64,000 nucleotides of DNA from Rhizomicrobium sp. (GCA_035943485.1 DASZCC010000427.1:6460-70459), one strand, 5' to 3'. Positions 10,577 through 20,536 are shown, counted from the stretch's first letter. Program-made: numbers and translations. Notes: a model not told the origin generated them from the sequence alone.

Positions 10577-11106
10577 GACGGCTGATCTATATCCTGCCGG
10601 TGCTCGCCTTCGCAGCGCTGGCTTACTTCCTCTTCAAGGGCCTTAGTGGTCCGCCGCCGGACGAGATCCCTTCGGCCTTCGTCGGCAAGCCTGCGCCCGC
10701 CGTGCAGCTGGCGGGGCTCGATGGGCCTGGCTTCGGCGGCAAGGAATTCAGGACTGGCCAGGTCACGGTCGTGAACGTCTTCGCCTCCTGGTGCGTGCCG
10801 TGCCGCGAGGAGCTGCCGGCGATCGCAGCGCTGGGCCGCATGAAGAACATCCAGCTCTATGGCTTTGCCTACAAGGACAAGCCGGACGCATTGCGTGCCT
10901 TCCTGCGCGACACCGGCAATCCTTATGCGCGTGTCGGCGTCGATCCTGATGGACGTGCTGGCATCGAGTGGGGCGTCTATTATGTGCCGGAGACGTTCAT
11001 CGTCGATCGCCACGGCATCATCCGCGAACGTTTCCTCGGACCGATCAGCGCGGACAATCTGCTTCGCGATGTGCTGCCCGCGATCAAGCGCGCATCCGAA
11101 AGCTGA
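10573..11106 (+). CDS. ccmG: Thiol:disulfide interchange protein CcmG/DsbE
   Basis: N-terminal membrane anchor, NVFASWCVPCREE, YKDK, WGVYYVPETF. GTG start overlaps the ccmD stop. Confidence 0.93.
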   Translation: MRRLIYILPVLAFAALAYFLFKGLSGPPPDEIPSAFVGKPAPAVQLAGLDGPGFGGKEFRTGQVTVVNVFASWCVPCREELPAIAALGRMKNIQLYGFAYKDKPDALRAFLRDTGNPYARVGVDPDGRAGIEWGVYYVPETFIVDRHGIIRERFLGPISADNLLRDVLPAIKRASES

Positions 11107-11145
11107 CGTTCAGATTTTGTAAACCATGTTTTGCGACGATGCGGT

Positions 11146-11400
11146 ATGCAGCTCAGCGCCGCCAATCTCATCATCGCCTCGCAGCAGAGCGCGCGCGCGC
11201 AAGCGCAGCCCGCACCTGATGCCGGTCCGCAGTTCACCGCGGCGCTCAAGGCGAACAATGTCGAGACCAGCGATTTCGAGCCGATGACGTTCAAGCAGGC
11301 CACACCTGCCGCCAAGGCCGACAGTCCGGCAACAACCCCGTCAGCACCAGGCTATGGCCAGTCGCCCCTGCTGGGCGGAACCATCGATATTCGGGTTTGA
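11146..11400 (+). CDS. Small hypothetical protein with YjfB-like C-terminus
   Basis: Ala/Pro/Gln-rich 84-aa ORF ending LGGTIDIRV; preceded by a CtrA-like motif. Confidence 0.55.
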   Translation: MQLSAANLIIASQQSARAQAQPAPDAGPQFTAALKANNVETSDFEPMTFKQATPAAKADSPATTPSAPGYGQSPLLGGTIDIRV

Positions 11401-11410
11401 ATTCAGTTAT

Positions 11411-11920
11411 TTAAGCGCGCTTCCGGCGGCCCTTGGCCCGTGGCGCGTCATGGCCATTGCTGGCGAAAGCCTCAGCCGCCACCGCCATCTGGGACAGTAG
11501 CCGGACGAAGCGCTGCCGCTCAGCGGCGGGCAGTGCATCGAGCAGAGCCTTGTCGGCACGCTCCGACGCCGAACGCGCCGAGCGCAACGACTTGCGGCCG
11601 ACCGGTGTGATGATGAGTGCGTTGGTGCGCTGGTCTTCCTCGGTGCGTTCGCGCGAGAGCAAGCCGCGCTCCAGCATGCGACGAACCATTTCCGCCAGCG
11701 TCGAGCGATCGATGCCCGTGATCTCCACGAGCGCGGTCTGGCTCACGCCGTCATTGTGTTCGAGCGCGGCGAGAAGCGTGAACTGCTGCTTGGTCAGTTC
11801 GCTGTTGCCGGCTTCGTGTGCGTAGAGGTCGCCGAAATATTGCGAACAGCGCTTGAGAAGATGCGAAGGCGACTCCGAAAGCTCAAAGCTTCCGTTCGTC
11901 TTGCGCTGACCCTTTGTCAT
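11411..11920 (-). CDS. MarR family transcriptional regulator
   Basis: LTKQQFTLL, SQTALVEITGIDRSTLAEMVRRM, RERTEEDQR winged helix. Confidence 0.9.
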   Translation of the reverse strand: MTKGQRKTNGSFELSESPSHLLKRCSQYFGDLYAHEAGNSELTKQQFTLLAALEHNDGVSQTALVEITGIDRSTLAEMVRRMLERGLLSRERTEEDQRTNALIITPVGRKSLRSARSASERADKALLDALPAAERQRFVRLLSQMAVAAEAFASNGHDAPRAKGRRKRA

Positions 11921-12444
11921 CCGTTACCCCAGATGGACAACCACACGGCGTGCTAACCGCTTAGAGGATTGTCAGACGCCCGGCTGTCGAGCGCACTCGC
12001 TTGATGAAAAGACTAGACGTCCCCGCGCCTCGTCACAACTGTCTCTATCGCGTTTGAAGCAGGATTGGCAACGCAAAGATTCAGATTGCTATTTTGTTTC
12101 GGGCGGTGTTGCCGCAAGCGCACGCGAATGACTTTTTCGCACAGGGCGGCTTCTGTTCTTGTTGTGACTAACGCGGGTCAACCAAAAATCCCAACCGCAT
12201 CAATCATTACGCAACGCCGCATGCTCATGCGACATCCCGCGCCTTAGACAAAAGGGCAATTGCAAGGCGCTGAGTTTCAGCCCTCGGAACAGGAAATGCC
12301 GATTTTTGCGCATCTTTCTGGGACGATATTCCGTGGACGGAGATTGCTGTCCCCGGCGGTCACCGGCCACACTGCGCGCTTTACGTGTCTTTGTGCAGAT
12401 GCTCGCATCATCACACGAGAACTATATTTCACGTGCCGTAGCGG

Positions 12445-12999
12445 CTAGTTGCCGCCGTTGTCCGACGGTGCGTGCTTGAGCAGCAGTGGCGCCTGCAATG
12501 CACCGAAGGCGAGGATCAGTGGAAGGATGATCCAGACCTTGAAGGTCACCCATTGGCTCAACGTGAAATTCCGCCACACGATCTCGTTGAGCGCGGCGAG
12601 GGCAAGAAAGAAGAACCCCCAGCGCAGCGTTAACGTCCGCCACGCGCTTTCGGGCAATTCGAATTCGAAAGCGAGCGCGTACTTGATGAATAGACGATTG
12701 AAGGCGAGGCCGCCCAGGAGTGCCGCTGCGAACATCAGATAGATGACTGTCGGCTTCATCTTCAGGAACGTGTCGTTCTTCAGATAGAGCGTCAGCCCGC
12801 CGAACAGGACCACCATGCCGGCGGTAACAAGCGCCATCGGCGAGACCTTGCCGTCCAGCGCATAGCCGGCCACGAGCGCGATCAAGATCGCGACGATAAA
12901 AACGGCAGTCGCCGGAAAAATTCCGAAGAACTGGAACGTTGCAAAGAAGATGATGAGTGGCCCGAGGTCGAAGGCCAGCTTGCGCAAAGATGAATTCAT
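12445..12999 (-). CDS. yciB: Inner membrane septation protein A (YciB/IspZ)
   Basis: DLGPLIIFF, FGGLTL, FLKMKPTVIY, LNEIVWR, WVTFKV. Confidence 0.93.
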   Translation of the reverse strand: MNSSLRKLAFDLGPLIIFFATFQFFGIFPATAVFIVAILIALVAGYALDGKVSPMALVTAGMVVLFGGLTLYLKNDTFLKMKPTVIYLMFAAALLGGLAFNRLFIKYALAFEFELPESAWRTLTLRWGFFFLALAALNEIVWRNFTLSQWVTFKVWIILPLILAFGALQAPLLLKHAPSDNGGN

Positions 13000-13940
13000 C
13001 TGGCCCCCGTGAGCGCCTTGGCAAAGTTGTCGGCGTTGAAGGGCTGCAGATCGTCCGCCCCTTCGCCGACACCTATGTAATGAACAGGAATGGCAAATTT
13101 CTGGGCCAAAGCCGCCAGAATCCCGCCTTTTGCGGTCCCGTCGAGCTTGGTCATCACCAGGCCGGTCAGGGGCACGACGCCCTTGAAGGCTTCAACCTGG
13201 CCGATGGCGTTCTGGCCCGTCGTCGCGTCCAGCACAAGCAGCGCGGCGTGCGGCGCAGTGGCGTCGAGCTTGCGGATGACGCGCACGACTTTCTCCAGCT
13301 CCGCCATCAGGCCGGCCTTGTTCTGCAGGCGGCCCGCGGTATCGATGATGAGGATGTCGGCGTTGTCCTTGCGCGCAATCTCCAGCGCTTCGAAGGCGAG
13401 GCCGGCCGCGTCCGCGCCCGTCGCTTTCGAAACGACCATGGCGCCGGTTCGCTGACCCCAGATGTTGAGCTGCTCGGTCGCAGCTGCACGGAACGTGTCG
13501 CCTGCTGCAAGCACGACCTTTGCGCCGTTGCCCGTGAAGCGCTTGGCGAGCTTTCCGATGGTCGTCGTCTTGCCGCCGCCGTTCACACCGACGACCAGGA
13601 TGACGAACGGTTTCTGGCCGCCATCGATCTTCAACGGGTGCTCGATCGGCTTGAGTACCTTCACCAGTTCGCCGCGCAGCGTCTCGCGGATGTCGTAATC
13701 GCTGACGTCGCTGCCGAAACCGCGATCGCTGACGGCTTTCGCGAGACGGGTCGCCAGTGCGGGACCGAGATCCGCCTTGACCAGCGCTTCCTCAAGTTCG
13801 CCGATGCTGACCGTGTCGAGGGCGCGCTTGGTAAGGATGCCCGTAAGGTTGTCGCTCAGTCCGGCCGTCGAGCGCGACAGGCCCTGCTTCAGCCGCTCGA
13901 AGAAGGTCGGCGGCGGGGGTGCTTCACCGAAGTCCCTCAT
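12996..13940 (-). CDS. ftsY: SRP receptor FtsY (short form, NG domains only)
   Basis: GVNGGGKTTT, DTFRAAA, DTAGRL, TKLDGTAKGG. Confidence 0.97.
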   Translation of the reverse strand: MRDFGEAPPPPTFFERLKQGLSRSTAGLSDNLTGILTKRALDTVSIGELEEALVKADLGPALATRLAKAVSDRGFGSDVSDYDIRETLRGELVKVLKPIEHPLKIDGGQKPFVILVVGVNGGGKTTTIGKLAKRFTGNGAKVVLAAGDTFRAAATEQLNIWGQRTGAMVVSKATGADAAGLAFEALEIARKDNADILIIDTAGRLQNKAGLMAELEKVVRVIRKLDATAPHAALLVLDATTGQNAIGQVEAFKGVVPLTGLVMTKLDGTAKGGILAALAQKFAIPVHYIGVGEGADDLQPFNADNFAKALTGAR

Positions 13941-15181
13941 GCCGCGGCCCTGAGCTCTTTCGCGGACGCCCCGGTGATCTTTGTAGTGACGAAAGCGCCT
14001 GGTGCGGCATCAGCATCAAGGGCTACCGGCGCAAAACATTCCGTACGGCCAACGCCGTTCTTCTCAACCAGAATGGTCTGTGTTGTGCCAACGAGCCCAG
14101 CGTGACGCGCCGCCATCGCGGTCTCGCCCTTGGCGCGTAGCCTGCGGGCGCGATCCTTGGCAGCGGTCTTGTCGACTTGCGGCATGCGCGCGGCGGGTGT
14201 GCCCTTGCGCGCGCTGAACGGGAAAACATGAAGCATTGAAAGACCGGCTTCGTCGACGAGGTTCATCGTCTGTTGAAACATCTCCTCGGTTTCTGTCGGG
14301 AAGCCCGCGATGAGATCGGCGCCGAAAGCGGCATTGGGCCGCAAACGGCGGACTTCGTTGCAGAACGCGATGGTGTCGGCGCGCAGATGACGCCGCTTCA
14401 TGCGCTTCAGGATCAGATCGTCGCCTGCCTGCACCGAGAGGTGGAAATGCGGCATCAGGCGCTCCTCCTCGGCGATCGCGGTCATGAGGTCGGCATCCGC
14501 CTCGATGGAGTCGATGGAGGACAGGCGCAGGCGTTTCACTTCGGGCACCATTTTGAGGAGCTTGCGCACCAGCTGCCCCAGCGACGGAGTGCCCGGCAGA
14601 TCGGCGCCATACGACGTCATGTCGACGCCGGTCAGCACGATCTCAGGGTAGCCCTTGTCCGTCAGCCTTCGCGCTTCGTCGATGACGGCGCCCATCGGCA
14701 CGCTGCGCGAATTTCCGCGGCCATAGGGAATGATGCAGAAGGTGCAGCGATGATCGCAGCCATTCTGGACCTGGAGGAACGCACGCGCGCGGCCGTCGAA
14801 GCTGTCGACCATCTGCGAAGCCGTCTCGCGCACCGACATGATGTCGTTGACGCGCACACGTTCGGCCGCGCCCACGCCGAAATCGGCGTAGGTCCGCGCC
14901 TCGAGCTTCTCGGTGTTGCCGAGGACCAGATCAACTTCGTCCATGGCTGAGTAAGTGGCCGGCTCCGTTTGCGCGGCGCAGCCGGTGACGATGATCTTCG
15001 CGCCAGGATTCTCGCGCCGCGCCTTGCGGATCGCTTGACGCGACTGGCGCACGGCCTCCGCCGTGACAGCACAGGTATTAAAGATGACGGCGTCCGAAAG
15101 GCCGGCCTCGGCGGCGCGCGCCTTGATCGCCTCGCTCTCATAGGCATTGAGCCGGCAACCGAACGTCACAACCTCAGTCAC
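13937..15181 (-). CDS. mtaB: tRNA t6A methylthiotransferase MtaB
   Basis: TFGCRLN, NTCAVT, radical SAM CDHRCTFC; conserved position between dapF and ftsY. Confidence 0.93.
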   Translation of the reverse strand: MTEVVTFGCRLNAYESEAIKARAAEAGLSDAVIFNTCAVTAEAVRQSRQAIRKARRENPGAKIIVTGCAAQTEPATYSAMDEVDLVLGNTEKLEARTYADFGVGAAERVRVNDIMSVRETASQMVDSFDGRARAFLQVQNGCDHRCTFCIIPYGRGNSRSVPMGAVIDEARRLTDKGYPEIVLTGVDMTSYGADLPGTPSLGQLVRKLLKMVPEVKRLRLSSIDSIEADADLMTAIAEEERLMPHFHLSVQAGDDLILKRMKRRHLRADTIAFCNEVRRLRPNAAFGADLIAGFPTETEEMFQQTMNLVDEAGLSMLHVFPFSARKGTPAARMPQVDKTAAKDRARRLRAKGETAMAARHAGLVGTTQTILVEKNGVGRTECFAPVALDADAAPGAFVTTKITGASAKELRAAA

Positions 15182-16011
15182 GGGCGCAGCGCCCTGAGAT
15201 CGACTTCGCCCTTGAAGGCCAGCGTGGCCGGGCCAGTCATCAGGATATGGTCATCACCCTCGCGCAGCTCGATCTCGAGCTCGCCGCCGTCCAGGATGAT
15301 CGCGACCTTCCGGCCCGCGAGGCCGCGGCGGAACGCAGCGACCGCGGTGGCGCATGCGCCGGTGCCGCAGGCGCTCGTGATCCCCACGCCGCGTTCCCAC
15401 ACCCGCATCCGCAGACGATCGCCGCCGTCGACACTGACGAATTCGACATTGGTGCGCTCGGGAAACATCGGGTGGCGCTCGATGCGTGCGCCCAGCTCGG
15501 CTACGGGTGCCGTCTCCGCATCCGGCACGAACAATATGACATGCGGATTGCCCACCGACACCGCGCTGGCTTCATGGATCGCGCCGTCGACGTTGAGAGA
15601 GAAGTGATTGGTGTCCGCGGCCTTGGCCATCGGCACCTCGTCCCACATCGTGCGCGGCGCGCCCATGTCGACCGTTACATTGCCGCTGCCGGCATCCGTG
15701 CAGGTGAGGGGGCCGCCGACGGTATCGATTGTCACGCGGTCGCGGCCCAGCTCTTCCATCAGCAGACCGGCAACACAGCGCGCGGCATTGCCACAGCTCT
15801 CGACCTCGCCGCCATCCGCGTTCATGATCTGCATCGTCGCGTCGAATGTTCCTTTGCCCCGCGCGATCACGATGACCTGATCACAGCCGATGCCGAAACG
15901 CCTATCCGCCACGGCGCGCGCCGTGGCATCGTCCAGCGCAAGGTCATGTTTCCGCGCGTCAAAGACGACGAAATCATTGCCGAGGCCGTGCATTTTCAGG
16001 AATGGCGTCAT
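15178..16011 (-). CDS. dapF: Diaminopimelate epimerase
   Basis: KMHGLGNDF, CGNAARC, GNPH, ERGVGITSACGTGAC. Confidence 0.97.
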   Translation of the reverse strand: MTPFLKMHGLGNDFVVFDARKHDLALDDATARAVADRRFGIGCDQVIVIARGKGTFDATMQIMNADGGEVESCGNAARCVAGLLMEELGRDRVTIDTVGGPLTCTDAGSGNVTVDMGAPRTMWDEVPMAKAADTNHFSLNVDGAIHEASAVSVGNPHVILFVPDAETAPVAELGARIERHPMFPERTNVEFVSVDGGDRLRMRVWERGVGITSACGTGACATAVAAFRRGLAGRKVAIILDGGELEIELREGDDHILMTGPATLAFKGEVDLRALRP

Positions 16012-16088
16012 GGTGCCGTATATAGTGGCAACCCGCCTTGCGGGCCAGAGCCGGAATGACTGTTAAATAAGGCTGTTTGAGGGGCGAT

Positions 16089-18167
16089 ATGAAATCCGGG
16101 ATTTTGATTGCGGCTGCGGCCTTTGTGCTGGTCGCTGCCAAGGGAGCAGACAGCGTGGACGATCCTTACATTTGGCTGGAAGACGTGCATGGCGCCAAGC
16201 CGCTCGCCTGGGTGGCAGAGCAGAACGAACGCACCCGCGCCGTGCTGAAAGCCGACCCGCGCTATCAGCCCGACCATGACGCGGTGCTCAAGGTGCTCGA
16301 CGCAACCGACCGCATCCCGACCGGCGCCGTCGTAAAGAATTATGTCTTCAACTTCTGGCAGGACGCCGCCAATCCGAAAGGCGTGTGGCGCCGGACGACG
16401 GTGGCCGACTACAACACGCCGTCGCCGCATTGGGAGATGCTGCTCGATGTCGACAAGCTTGCGGCCGACGAGCACGAGAACTGGATCTGGGAAGGTGCGA
16501 CCTGCACGCCGGAGCTGGACCGCTGCCTGCTGCAGCTTTCGCGCGACGGCGGCGATGCGCATGTCGTGCGCGAGTTCGATCTGAAGAACAAGACGTTCCT
16601 CAAGGACGGCTTCACGGTTCCGAACGCCAAATCGACAGTCGACTATGTCGACGAGAACACCATCATCGTTGCGACCGATTTCGGTCCGGGCACGATGACG
16701 AAATCCGGCTATCCCCGTGTCGCGAAACTCTGGCATCGCGGCGAGAGCCTCGATGCCGCCAAGACGCTCCTGGAAGGCAAGCCGGAGGACATCGCGGTCC
16801 AGTCGCTGGTGCTGAATGGCACCGGTGTTCATTATCCGTTGGCGGTACGGTCACCGAGCTTCTTCGACAACGAGTACTTTCACATTCTGCCCGGCGGGAG
16901 CCTGGCGAAGCTGCCGCTGCCGTTGTTCTCCGACATGAAGGGCATCACGGGCGACCACATGATCCTTACGGTCCGCAAGGACTGGACGGTCGGCGGCCAC
17001 ACCTATGGCCAGGGCTCGCTGCTCGCAATCCGTGTGGCCTCGCTGGACAAACCGGATGCGCTCGACATTCAGACGCTTTATGCACCCGGACCGCGCAGCT
17101 CGGTGGAAACCGTCGGCACCGGCCGCGATGCCGTCTATGCGTCGATCTTCGACAATGTGACGGGCAGCATCCACGCCTTCCGCTTCAAGGACGGCAAGTG
17201 GAGCGACACGAAACTTGATCTGCCGCCGAGCGGTGCGACGGACATCATCTCGACCAATGATTTTGGACCCGAGGCGTATTTCAGTTTCCAGAGTTATCTG
17301 AAGCCGACGACGCTTTACTTCGACGGCGGCAACGACAAGCCGACTGAGATCAAGGCGCTGCCGGCACGCTTCGATTCATCCGGGCTTGTCACCGAACAGT
17401 TCGAAGCGACCTCCGACGACGGAACGAAGATCCCGTACTTCGTGACGCGTCCGAAGAACCTCTCGGGACCGGCGCCAACCATTCTGTATGGCTATGGCGG
17501 GTTCCAGATATCGATGACGCCGGCCTATTCAGCGAATTACGGCATGCTGTGGCTGACCCGCGGCGGCATCTTCGTCGTCGCCAACATCCGCGGCGGTGGT
17601 GAATTTGGCCCCGGCTGGCATGAAGCCGCGCTGAAGGAGAACCATCACAAGGCGTTCCAGGACTTCACTGCTGTGGGGCGCGATCTCGTGAAACGCGGGC
17701 TTACGACGCCGAAGCAGCTTGGCATCATGGGCGGCTCCAACGGCGGCTTGCTCGTCTCGGCCACGATGGTCGCCTATCCCGACTTGTTCGGCGCCGTCGT
17801 CTGTCAGGTCCCGCTGATTGACATGATCCGCTTCACCCAGATCGGCGCAGGGCAGTCCTGGGCCGATGAGTACGGCGATCCAGCCGATCCGGCGGCGCGG
17901 GCCTGGATCATGAAGTACTCGCCGTATCAAAACGCGAAGGCCGGCGTGAAATATCCGCCGATACTGTTCACGACGGCGACCAGCGATGACCGCGTCACGC
18001 CGGTCCATGCGCGCAAGATGGCAGCACGCATGGAAGCCATGGGCGACGACGTGCTGTTCTTCGAGAACACCGACGGCGGCCACTCAGCCGGCGCGAACCA
18101 TCAGCAAGCGGCAGAGATGTGGGCGCTGAGCTTCGTCTATCTCAAGCAGAAGCTGGGGCTGAAGTAA
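16089..18167 (+). CDS. Secreted prolyl oligopeptidase (S9A)
   Basis: Signal peptide, DPYIWLED, YGYGGF, GGSNGGLL nucleophile motif, DDRV, GGH. Confidence 0.93.
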   Translation: MKSGILIAAAAFVLVAAKGADSVDDPYIWLEDVHGAKPLAWVAEQNERTRAVLKADPRYQPDHDAVLKVLDATDRIPTGAVVKNYVFNFWQDAANPKGVWRRTTVADYNTPSPHWEMLLDVDKLAADEHENWIWEGATCTPELDRCLLQLSRDGGDAHVVREFDLKNKTFLKDGFTVPNAKSTVDYVDENTIIVATDFGPGTMTKSGYPRVAKLWHRGESLDAAKTLLEGKPEDIAVQSLVLNGTGVHYPLAVRSPSFFDNEYFHILPGGSLAKLPLPLFSDMKGITGDHMILTVRKDWTVGGHTYGQGSLLAIRVASLDKPDALDIQTLYAPGPRSSVETVGTGRDAVYASIFDNVTGSIHAFRFKDGKWSDTKLDLPPSGATDIISTNDFGPEAYFSFQSYLKPTTLYFDGGNDKPTEIKALPARFDSSGLVTEQFEATSDDGTKIPYFVTRPKNLSGPAPTILYGYGGFQISMTPAYSANYGMLWLTRGGIFVVANIRGGGEFGPGWHEAALKENHHKAFQDFTAVGRDLVKRGLTTPKQLGIMGGSNGGLLVSATMVAYPDLFGAVVCQVPLIDMIRFTQIGAGQSWADEYGDPADPAARAWIMKYSPYQNAKAGVKYPPILFTTATSDDRVTPVHARKMAARMEAMGDDVLFFENTDGGHSAGANHQQAAEMWALSFVYLKQKLGLK

Positions 18168-18171
18168 GCGC

Positions 18172-18576
18172 TCAGAAAGCGTCTTCGTCGACGCGCGGAA
18201 GATCGGGATCAATCTCGAACCATCCCGCGCGCGACGCCCAGTGCGCGTGGATGGTTGGTTTCATACTGGGCTCGTCGATCAGCGAACCTGCGGGCACGAT
18301 CACGCGTCTCCCGCTCTTGGTCAGATGCGGCATCGGCGATCCGCAAGTGGTGCAGAAGGCGGTCGCGAACCCGCGCGCCGTGGGAAGATTGTAACGGGCG
18401 ACCTTGTCCTCGCCGCTGATCCAGCGGAACGCGCCGGGCGGTACGACGGCATTCGCGGCATGCGCGGTGCCGGTGGCATGGCGGCAGCGGGAGCAGTGGC
18501 AATAGACAAACGCATCAAACGGCTCGTCGACTTCGTACCGTACCGCCTGACAAAGACAACGTCCGCGCAAGGTCAT
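18172..18576 (-). CDS. GFA/CENP-V family zinc protein
   Basis: GRCLC, CHCSRCR, FCTTCGS. Confidence 0.9.
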   Translation of the reverse strand: MTLRGRCLCQAVRYEVDEPFDAFVYCHCSRCRHATGTAHAANAVVPPGAFRWISGEDKVARYNLPTARGFATAFCTTCGSPMPHLTKSGRRVIVPAGSLIDEPSMKPTIHAHWASRAGWFEIDPDLPRVDEDAF

Positions 18577-18597
18577 TACAGCACCTCGTATTTCGAA

Positions 18598-18924
18598 CTA
18601 CTCCGCCGCAAGCCGATGAATTGGAATCTTCTCCAGTTCGCCGCGAAGCTGCGTTCCGGCCTCCCAGAGATCGAAGGATTGCTGCATCCGCATCCAGAGT
18701 TCGGGGCCGTTGCCGCAGAAGCGTCCCAGTCGCAGGGCCATCTCCGCCGTCACCGCAGAGCGCGCCGATATGATGGCATGAAGCGTCTGCCGCGAAATGC
18801 CCAACTGACGCGCGGCTTCGCTGACCGACAAGCCAAGCTCCGGCAACACGATATCGCGAAATATCTCGCCCGGATGTGTCGGCCTCCGCGCCGCGCGGAC
18901 TCTAATGGTCCTGGACGAGGTCAA
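18598..18924 (-). CDS. higA: HigA family antitoxin (HTH)
   Basis: PTHPGEIF, SVSEAARQLGISRQTL, AEMALRLGR, WMRMQ. Start uncertain (TTG at 18924 used). Confidence 0.85.
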   Translation of the reverse strand: MTSSRTIRVRAARRPTHPGEIFRDIVLPELGLSVSEAARQLGISRQTLHAIISARSAVTAEMALRLGRFCGNGPELWMRMQQSFDLWEAGTQLRGELEKIPIHRLAAE

Positions 18925-19168
18925 CTTTGCTCGCCTTGCCGTCCTGCCACTCGAATGTGATCCGCCACGGTCCATTGACATCCACTCGCCATCGCACCGG
19001 CTTGTAGCGGCTGTCGGGATGAAGCCGCAGGCCGGGCAGTTTCAGATCGTCCAGCGTCCCGGCATCAAGAATCTGGATCACACGTCTCGTTAAGTCCTGC
19101 CGGATCTTCGCTGATCGTCCTCGCTCAAAAAGTTCTTTGAGGCCCTTGTGGGCAAAAGACTGAATCAT
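18902..19168 (-). CDS. higB: HigB family toxin (RelE superfamily), possibly degenerate
   Basis: MIQSFAHKGLKELF, LPGLRLHP, VNGPWRITF; toxin-first gene order. Confidence 0.83.
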   Translation of the reverse strand: MIQSFAHKGLKELFERGRSAKIRQDLTRRVIQILDAGTLDDLKLPGLRLHPDSRYKPVRWRVDVNGPWRITFEWQDGKASKVDLVQDH

Positions 19169-19281
19169 GCTTCGCCCGATTGCGTCCCGACGCAACGGAC
19201 AGCCACGAGAAGAACTCGCGCTGCAACACTAGTCCGCGTTTGATGACTGTCAAGTGAAGCTTTACAGCGTGAGCGTAACCA

Positions 19282-20466
19282 TCAGGCCAGCGGTATCCGC
19301 ACTGTGAAGCGCGTTTCGTTCCCCGACGACTCGACATCCAGCGTGCCGCCATGGGCGACGACGATTTCGCGTGCGATGTAGAGGCCAAGACCAAGGCCTT
19401 CGGTGCCGGGACGCACCGTCATGCGGACGAAGGGCTCGAACAGCTTGCTGCGGATTTCCTCCGGGATCGGTTCGCCCTGGTTGGACACCGTAAGCTCGAA
19501 TACGCCAGGCACGGTCGAGGCCGAGATGATCACCGGTTTGTCCGACGCGCCATGCGTCAGCGCATTGGCGCCAAGGTTTGACAGCAACTGTCCGATGCGC
19601 ACGGGATCGCAATTGACCGGCTGATTCAGCGCCAGCCGCACTTCCATGGCGCGTCCGGGATTGGCGGTGCGCAATTCGTCGGTCACCTGCTCGATCATCG
19701 GCTTGAGAACGGCGTTCGGCACCCGGTTTAGGATGAGGCCGCCGCCCAGCCTACCGCGCGCGAAATCGAGCACGTTGTCGATCAATCCCGCCATGCGGAT
19801 GACGCTCTGTTCCATAAGGGCCACGATGGTCGACTGCTTGGTGCTTAGCGGTTCTTTCTTCAGCATGCGCGTGCCGGCGTTGACCGAGGCGAGCGGGTTG
19901 CGCAAATCGTGTCCGAGGACTGCTATGAACTGCTCCCGCAATTCCGCCGTCTCGCGCGCATCGAGCAATGCCTGTTCGCTGTTTATGATCTGGTCCTGCG
20001 CGTCGAGGTGGAAAGCGATGAGGTCGGCGAACAGCTTGAACATGCCGATGATCTCGGGCCGGTTCAGTTTTGCCGGCCGCGGATCGATTGAGCAGAGCGT
20101 GCCGAAGAACGACCCGTCGGCGCGCACGATCGGCATCGAGATGTAACTCTGAAAGCCGTAAAGCGCCGGCGTGCTGTGCTTACTGTAAAATGCGTCCTCC
20201 GCCACGTGATCGATGATGACGGCGCGTCCGCTGTCGCGAATCTCGTCGCAAATCGTGGTCTCGACCTTGAGCTCGCTGCCCGGTTTCAGGCCAAACGCGA
20301 TCTCGTCGCGCACTGCACAGGCGATCCAGCGGTCCTCGGTCACGCGCGCAACGGCGGCAAAGCCCATGCCGGTCGTGCGGCACACGACTTCGAGGATGGT
20401 CGGCACGGCGTCGATCCGCCCGACAGCGGCGACATCGGCGGCAAGGGCGAGCTCGGTACCGGTCAT
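19282..20466 (-). CDS. Cytoplasmic GAF-domain sensor histidine kinase (orphan)
   Basis: GAF (GFAAVARVT, FGTLCSIDP), H-box GHDLRNPL, N-box NALTHG, GLGLGLYI. Confidence 0.92.
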   Translation of the reverse strand: MTGTELALAADVAAVGRIDAVPTILEVVCRTTGMGFAAVARVTEDRWIACAVRDEIAFGLKPGSELKVETTICDEIRDSGRAVIIDHVAEDAFYSKHSTPALYGFQSYISMPIVRADGSFFGTLCSIDPRPAKLNRPEIIGMFKLFADLIAFHLDAQDQIINSEQALLDARETAELREQFIAVLGHDLRNPLASVNAGTRMLKKEPLSTKQSTIVALMEQSVIRMAGLIDNVLDFARGRLGGGLILNRVPNAVLKPMIEQVTDELRTANPGRAMEVRLALNQPVNCDPVRIGQLLSNLGANALTHGASDKPVIISASTVPGVFELTVSNQGEPIPEEIRSKLFEPFVRMTVRPGTEGLGLGLYIAREIVVAHGGTLDVESSGNETRFTVRIPLA

Positions 20467-20536
20467 AATTCAGTATCTACCGGTGGTTGGACGCCGCCGC
20501 CATAGCGCCAGAGACGGAACTTTACCGTGTCCGGGT

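Noticed and set aside
8408-11106. ccm cluster lacking ccmE, ccmF and ccmH as an anomaly
   Set aside because: The split of ccmABCDG from ccmIEFH is the usual alphaproteobacterial arrangement.
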